Positions 15,001 through 19,353 of a stretch of DNA of 19,353 bases are shown one piece after another. The translations under genes were made by a program, and so were the position numbers. The DNA is from a virus (taxonomy: Duplodnaviria > Heunggongvirae > Uroviricota > Caudoviricetes), in IMG/VR virus record IMGVR_UViG_2690316316_000017, positions 1 to 19,353 of that record, one strand, 5' to 3'. The notes beneath the pieces are model-generated. The model saw only the letters and a program-made list of their open reading frames with translations. It did not search any database and was not told the DNA's origin. Every line of letters starts with the position of its first letter. Position 1 is the stretch's first letter.

Positions 15001-16191
15001 ATGACCACTATTACCAAAGAGCGACTACTGACAATCAAGCAGTGGCGCGAAACATACGGACCTGGTAGCAACGTTGTACTGCCAGCAGAAGAAGCGGAAG
15101 AACTGGCACGAATTGCTCTGGCATCGCTGGAAGCAGAGCCTGTGGCGTCATGCATTATTGAAGATGGGTGCATGTGTGTTGACGGGTTCGGTGAGTATGT
15201 TGGTCACTCGCTGCCTGATGGAACGCACCAGCTATACGCCGCCCCGCCAGTGCCTGATAAGTTGCCGCGTGAATACAGAAACGGTTGGCCTCTTGCGTAT
15301 AGTGATTATGCTGAAGGCTGGAACGACTGCCGCGAAGCCATGCTTCAGTCCGGAAACTTTCGGGAAAACAAGAATTCGTCAACCAATAATTTTCGGGAAA
15401 TCGCGGAAACGTCAACCAACTATCCGGTAATTCCTAGTGAGGTGTTGTCCGCAATCCTGAAGGTTGCCAAGATTCGTGCCGATTTCAATGATTTTGACGG
15501 TGACAGGCGAGGTATCGGTGATTGTCTGGATGAGGCCGAGCAAGAGCTTATCGTTACCATTAACAAATATGCCAGTCGGTTGGCAGTAGAGCCGGTAGTG
15601 CCTGCTGTTCTGGAACGTTTGCGAACCATTGTAGCGGACCCACGCGCATTACCTCGCAGAAAAGAATGGGTTAGTGGGCAGCAGTACAGTTACGTACTTC
15701 TCGAAAACGTAGAAGCTATGGTTGATGAAGCCTGCCACGCTGCCATGCTTCAGGGTAGCCAACCTGTAAGCCAAACTTACAACTTGCCAGAATTAATCGA
15801 AGGCATGGAAGTTTCCATTGATGTAAGCACTTGTGATGCTGATTTAGGTAATCGCTATTTCGGCACCGTCACCGAGGCGTTAGAACTTGATACAGCCAAG
15901 AATGGTTACATCCTCCTGGTTCAGGACGCAGAGCCAAACTTCGATGTAAATGGCAACTCTCCGGGAACTCCGGATAGTTGGATAAGCTGTAGTGATCGAA
16001 TGCCTGAAAAGGGCCAGAACGTGCTTATTTCGGTGAATTTCGATAGCTCTCTGGTTGAACCGCTAATATGCTCCGCACGCTATACCGGAAGCACCTTTCG
16101 GCGCGGAGATGCAACGATTAAGCCGGGTAATGGTATTGAGCAAGCAACTCACTGGATGCCGCTACCGGAACCGCCGCAGGAGGTGAAGTGA
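15001..16191 (+). CDS. DUF551-domain phage protein, 396 aa
   Basis: AAGGAG 6 nt upstream of the ATG. C-terminal block SWISCSDRMPEKGQNVLISVN...THWMPLPEPP is typical of DUF551. Contains a 33-bp in-frame tandem duplication. Confidence 0.7.
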   Translation: MTTITKERLLTIKQWRETYGPGSNVVLPAEEAEELARIALASLEAEPVASCIIEDGCMCVDGFGEYVGHSLPDGTHQLYAAPPVPDKLPREYRNGWPLAYSDYAEGWNDCREAMLQSGNFRENKNSSTNNFREIAETSTNYPVIPSEVLSAILKVAKIRADFNDFDGDRRGIGDCLDEAEQELIVTINKYASRLAVEPVVPAVLERLRTIVADPRALPRRKEWVSGQQYSYVLLENVEAMVDEACHAAMLQGSQPVSQTYNLPELIEGMEVSIDVSTCDADLGNRYFGTVTEALELDTAKNGYILLVQDAEPNFDVNGNSPGTPDSWISCSDRMPEKGQNVLISVNFDSSLVEPLICSARYTGSTFRRGDATIKPGNGIEQATHWMPLPEPPQEVK

Positions 16192-16763
16192 TGAACAACT
16201 TAATGATCGACCTTGAGACGATGGGGAAAAATAAGGATGCACCGATCGTTTCCATTGGCGCGGTGTTCTTCACTCCAGAAACCGGAGACATCGGACAAGA
16301 ATTCTATACGGTTGTTAGCCTGGAAAGTGCTATGGGGCAAGGAGCTACACCTGACGGCGATACCATCCTGTGGTGGTTGAAACAAAGCCCTGAAGCACGA
16401 GCTGCAATCTGTATTGATGATACTTTGTCGATCAGCGATGCACTCTCTGAACTGAACCATTTCATTAACCGGCACGCAGACAATACGAAATATTTAAAAG
16501 TCTGGGGTAACGGAGCCACCTTCGACAACGTAATTTTACGTGGGGCTTATGAGCGAGCAGGACAAATCTGTCCATGGGCGTACTGGAATGACCACGATGT
16601 ACGCACGATCGTTACGCTTGGGCGTTTCATCGGATTCGACCCCAAAATGGACATGCCTTTCGATGGCGAACGGCACAACGCCCTGGCTGATGCCCGTCAT
16701 CAGGCAAAATATGTTTCCGCTATCTGGCAGAAATTAATTCCTGCCACCAGCACAGAATTATGA
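16191..16763 (+). CDS. DEDD-family 3'-5' exonuclease (DnaQ/epsilon-like), about 190 aa
   Basis: Exo I motif MIDLETMG and Exo III motif HNALADARH. GGAGG 7 nt upstream of the ATG at 16191, which overlaps the upstream stop. Confidence 0.75.
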   Translation: MNNLMIDLETMGKNKDAPIVSIGAVFFTPETGDIGQEFYTVVSLESAMGQGATPDGDTILWWLKQSPEARAAICIDDTLSISDALSELNHFINRHADNTKYLKVWGNGATFDNVILRGAYERAGQICPWAYWNDHDVRTIVTLGRFIGFDPKMDMPFDGERHNALADARHQAKYVSAIWQKLIPATSTEL

Positions 16764-16799
16764 TTTTCCCGGGTGCAGCCGGTTTTGATGGAGAAAATT

Positions 16800-17081
16800 A
16801 TGAACACCTTGTTTTTACTGATGGCTGAATTCAATACCCCTAACATTGAACTCTCAGCAGTTAGCCAAAAGTACTTTGGCATGAGTCCAGCCACGGCAGA
16901 AGCAAAAGCAAACGCTTGTAAGTTGCCCGTTCCAACATATCGCATCGGCACATCACAAAAAGCAAAACGTTGCATCAATATTCAGGATCTTGCGGAATAC
17001 ATAGACAAAAGACGAGAAGAAGGACGTATCGAGTGGGAACAGGTCAGAACAGGCAAACAGAAGGGCAAAGAACATCACTAA
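16800..17081 (+). CDS. PrtN-family DNA-binding protein (putative excisionase-like regulator), about 93 aa
   Basis: Track ORF 16773..17081 trimmed to the ATG at 16800, which has GGAGA 5 nt upstream. N-terminus MNTLFLLMAEF resembles PrtN/excisionase-like proteins (recollection). Last gene of the operon. Confidence 0.5.
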   Translation: MNTLFLLMAEFNTPNIELSAVSQKYFGMSPATAEAKANACKLPVPTYRIGTSQKAKRCINIQDLAEYIDKRREEGRIEWEQVRTGKQKGKEHH

Positions 17082-17083
17082 AG

Positions 17084-17110
17084 AAAAAACCCGCCTAAAG
17101 GCGGGTTTTC
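17084..17110. terminator. bidirectional rho-independent terminator
   Basis: AAAAAA-CCCGCC-TAAA-GGCGGG-TTTTC between the convergent genes ending at 17081 (plus) and 17129 (minus). Confidence 0.7.
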
Positions 17111-17128
17111 AAAAAGCACCAGCTATGA

Positions 17129-17302
17129 TCATGCTGCTTTGCGACGACGAAGCTTACCCTGCTGCTCTTTACCAGAGACAGTAGCGTGAGTGAACGCATT
17201 AGGAGCAGCCTTCATCAGAACTTCAACAGCAGCACCCATACCTGCGAATGCTTTCATTGTGTCGAACTTAACCTGTGGCTTGGTTGCTTTTTGATCTTTC
17301 AT
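17129..17302 (-). CDS. small protein, 57 aa, unknown function
   Basis: Hand translation: ATG at 17302 with GGGAG 6 nt upstream; product MKDQKATKPQVKFDTMKAFAGMGAAVEVLMKAAPNAFTHATVSGKEQQGKLRRRKAA. Codon choice (CGT, GGT, GCT, CTG, AAA) resembles highly expressed E. coli genes. Not in the ORF track. Confidence 0.45.
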   Translation of the reverse strand: MKDQKATKPQVKFDTMKAFAGMGAAVEVLMKAAPNAFTHATVSGKEQQGKLRRRKAA

Positions 17303-17498
17303 AGAAAACTCCCGAGACAGTAAAGGCGTCTCTAACCCTCTCTTTAAAGCTAGCTTGTTTCGCTAACTTATGCCAATCGATCATGTCGATTGGTGACATC
17401 GTTTCTTAGTAGTTTAAGCACAAAACGACTGCCATAGATGTACCTTTAAGGTAATCTGGACGGGTATCCTACAATTTGTAGCCCCTTCTCGTCTATAC

Positions 17499-18035
17499 CT
17501 ACTGAGCAAATTTAAGAAAGATATCCTGCAGCTCATCAATGACTGCAGACATCACATAACCGCACTGTTCCATGCGGAAACCAAAAGACTCGTAATACTG
17601 CACCAGTTCTGGTACTGGCTCTACAATGTGGACAACTTTACATTCAACAGCTTTACAAAATATAAAAGCACTCATAAGAGTGAGTAAAACCATGCGCCCT
17701 TTCAATGGGTGAGATTCATCTTCTCTAGAAAACCTTTCGATCATATGGATACGAAAGATGTTTTCTTCAACCCCATAAACACAAATTGCTGCTCCTGATG
17801 GTATTCCCTGAACCCGACCTTGCTGAACAAGTTTTATGCAGAACTCATACTTTTCTCTGGAGTTGCCATAGGTGCTTAACGCATAGTCCCATTCAAGCTC
17901 ACCATAGCCACCACACAGAATCTTGTAATCATCATCACTGAGCGGACCAACAGCAAGAGGTAAGCCGACATGATCAATAATCAACTGGATATTGTTACGT
18001 ACAGATTGACCTATCTCGTCTAGGGTAAGCATCAT
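17499..18035 (-). CDS. hypothetical 178-aa protein, possibly GNAT-fold acetyltransferase-like
   Basis: Track ORF. C-terminal ...VPELVQYYESFGFRME resembles the GNAT beta6-alpha4 region, but no clear acetyl-CoA motif A is present. AT-rich codon usage. Confidence 0.45.
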   Translation of the reverse strand: MMLTLDEIGQSVRNNIQLIIDHVGLPLAVGPLSDDDYKILCGGYGELEWDYALSTYGNSREKYEFCIKLVQQGRVQGIPSGAAICVYGVEENIFRIHMIERFSREDESHPLKGRMVLLTLMSAFIFCKAVECKVVHIVEPVPELVQYYESFGFRMEQCGYVMSAVIDELQDIFLKFAQ

Positions 18036-18574
18036 AGACTCTCAAGCGGAACACTAAAAATCTCATTATATCTCATTCTGATGCCCCGCATGGATTACAC
18101 CTTGAAATGAAAACACCGGGTTCCCAATAGGCACCCACAAAGTGTATAACTACTTGTTTTTCAAAAGCGGTACATCCTATCGAGCATTGGTGCAACGCTA
18201 AACCGACCACTCCAGTGAACGTCAGTTTTTTCAGGCATTGCGCTGGTTTGGTTGATTTTTTGCATTTCAGAATTACCGTGCATTTTCAAATGTAGAGATT
18301 ATTTTATCGATATATCATGGGTTTATGTTATTCAGCATCACTATTCAGGAGGCTCAATAGCGGGGTACTATACCATAACAACAGGAAGCGCCTGTCTCAT
18401 TGCAAAAGAAAATTGAGATCCTCTCAAGGCATGAAGCTCTCACGAAGTGATGGAAATAATCTTATTAGCCGTTAACTTTGTTAAGGCCAATGATAAACAA
18501 TCCAGGTTCGACGATAAATAAAAAATCACACATTAAACTCTGGTGATATATCTCCCTGCTAATAGCATTGATAG

Positions 18575-18610
18575 AGAAAAAAGAACCCAATAAATATTGG
18601 GTCCTTTTAT
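18575..18610 (-). terminator. rho-independent terminator downstream of the AT-rich right-end gene
   Basis: ACCCAATA-AA-TATTGGGT stem with T-rich tracts on both strands (minus-strand TTCTTTTTTCTC), about 45 nt after the stop at 18646. Confidence 0.5.
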
Positions 18611-18645
18611 ATAATGCCTTCCATACTATCGAAGAACTTCACATA

Positions 18646-19353
18646 TTATTTCTCCGATTTAACCCCGAACAAATCATAAATTAATTTAGAAGTGTCTGTA
18701 AGTATTTTAATCTCTTCCTTTGAGGTTGGGTCAAACGACTTCGCGAAGCTAATTAATTGTGGTGCAGCATCTCGCATTTTGCTTAAAATATCAGGATCGA
18801 GCGTTCCTTCATTCACCAGATGTGACATCTTATCCAGATAGCCATCAAAATTCATTTCTCCCCCATCAGCCAGACGCTTCATCTCTCCCAGGTACTTCTT
18901 CATATCACGTTGAGATAATTTTTCAAACTGAGCTTTCAGGTAGCTCTCATTATTTTCATTAATATACACTGTTTCTGATAAATCTGCGTAGGCACTAGAA
19001 TATGAAAGTGAAATTAACAGCGAAGCAAATAATTTTAAGCTGTTGTCATCATGTTCCTGGCAGGCATTAACAAACGTTAAAAAACCAGAACCTATTGCTT
19101 GAAAATGTATATTCGCTAAAGGTTCATTATCCTTAGATTCCTCATAAAATAGCTGAACCGTGGAGGGAAGGCCATTCTTAGTTTCTACATCAAAAGTACA
19201 TTGTTCAATGGGAGTCGCATCTTTATTATCCCCAGGATTACATATACTATTAATCGCGAAATGAAAAATAGCCCGGTCAACAACTGATGCAATAAAGTCA
19301 CGATCGTTTAAATCCTCATCAGTGCAATCGTCAATATACTTATTGACCCACAT
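18646..19353 (-). CDS. hypothetical AT-rich protein, at least 235 aa; N-terminus may lie beyond the window edge
   Basis: Track ORF running to the window end. Strongly AT-biased codons. No recognisable integrase or recombinase motifs. Confidence 0.55.
   Translation of the reverse strand: MWVNKYIDDCTDEDLNDRDFIASVVDRAIFHFAINSICNPGDNKDATPIEQCTFDVETKNGLPSTVQLFYEESKDNEPLANIHFQAIGSGFLTFVNACQEHDDNSLKLFASLLISLSYSSAYADLSETVYINENNESYLKAQFEKLSQRDMKKYLGEMKRLADGGEMNFDGYLDKMSHLVNEGTLDPDILSKMRDAAPQLISFAKSFDPTSKEEIKILTDTSKLIYDLFGVKSEK

Noticed and set aside
10058-16978. Antisense or alternate-frame ORFs in the plus-strand early operon (10058..10252, 10618..11022, 10803..11099, 11729..11974, 12481..12666, 12564..12827, 12717..12989, 13062..13298, 13184..13546, 13282..13476, 13649..13840, 13738..13956, 14055..14246, 14506..14799, 14967..15173, 15074..15430, 15155..15415, 15420..15629, 16200..16475, 16304..16528, 16540..16737, 16700..16978)
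   Set aside because: Each lies within a better-supported plus-strand gene, with consistent SD spacing and overlapping start/stop coupling along the operon. The 134-aa minus ORF 10618..11022 would have to be read against the PL transcript through the leader hairpins.
18759-18962. Plus-strand ORF 18759..18962 inside the AT-rich minus-strand gene
   Set aside because: Antisense to a longer ORF; no start signal.
1-19353. CRISPR arrays, IS elements/transposases, integrase, lysis and structural genes, Shiga-toxin genes downstream of the tRNAs
   Set aside because: Looked for specifically and not found. The only direct repeats are the iterons, the operator copies, the 17-bp junction repeat and the 33-bp coding duplication. 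No transposase-like or tyrosine-recombinase-like ORF. The genes downstream of the tRNAs are TerB-like and a small membrane ORF rather than stxAB or holin/endolysin.

Overview
The window reads as one mosaic lambdoid prophage segment of enterobacterial type (e14-like immunity region plus a KplE1/CPS-53-like yfdPQRS module), interrupted by two AT-rich accessory islands. All calls come from reading the sequence and the supplied ORF track; no searches were run, and family names rest on motifs and recalled gene sizes. On the minus strand, from high to low coordinates: a Cro-like gene, YmfL- and YmfM-like genes, a replication initiator with an iteron origin inside its coding sequence, a Dam-like methyltransferase, RusA, a KilA-N antirepressor-like gene, a DUF968-like gene, a short Q antiterminator, then a DPPY methyltransferase, two phage tRNAs (CAU and UCU anticodons), a TerB-like gene and a small membrane ORF. 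On the plus strand: a LexA-like cI repressor flanked by near-identical PR and PL promoter-operator modules, then a PL-type operon ending in a DnaQ-like exonuclease and a PrtN-like putative excisionase. The most interesting feature is an AT-rich two-gene cassette (313-aa soluble protein plus 147-aa multi-pass membrane protein, 2729-4117) inserted antisense just downstream of Q and insulated by its own terminator; it looks like a candidate abortive-infection or defence module with RexAB-like architecture. A second AT-rich island sits at the right end (17.1-19.35 kb) where an integrase would be expected. No integrase, lysis or structural genes, rRNA, CRISPR array or IS element were found.
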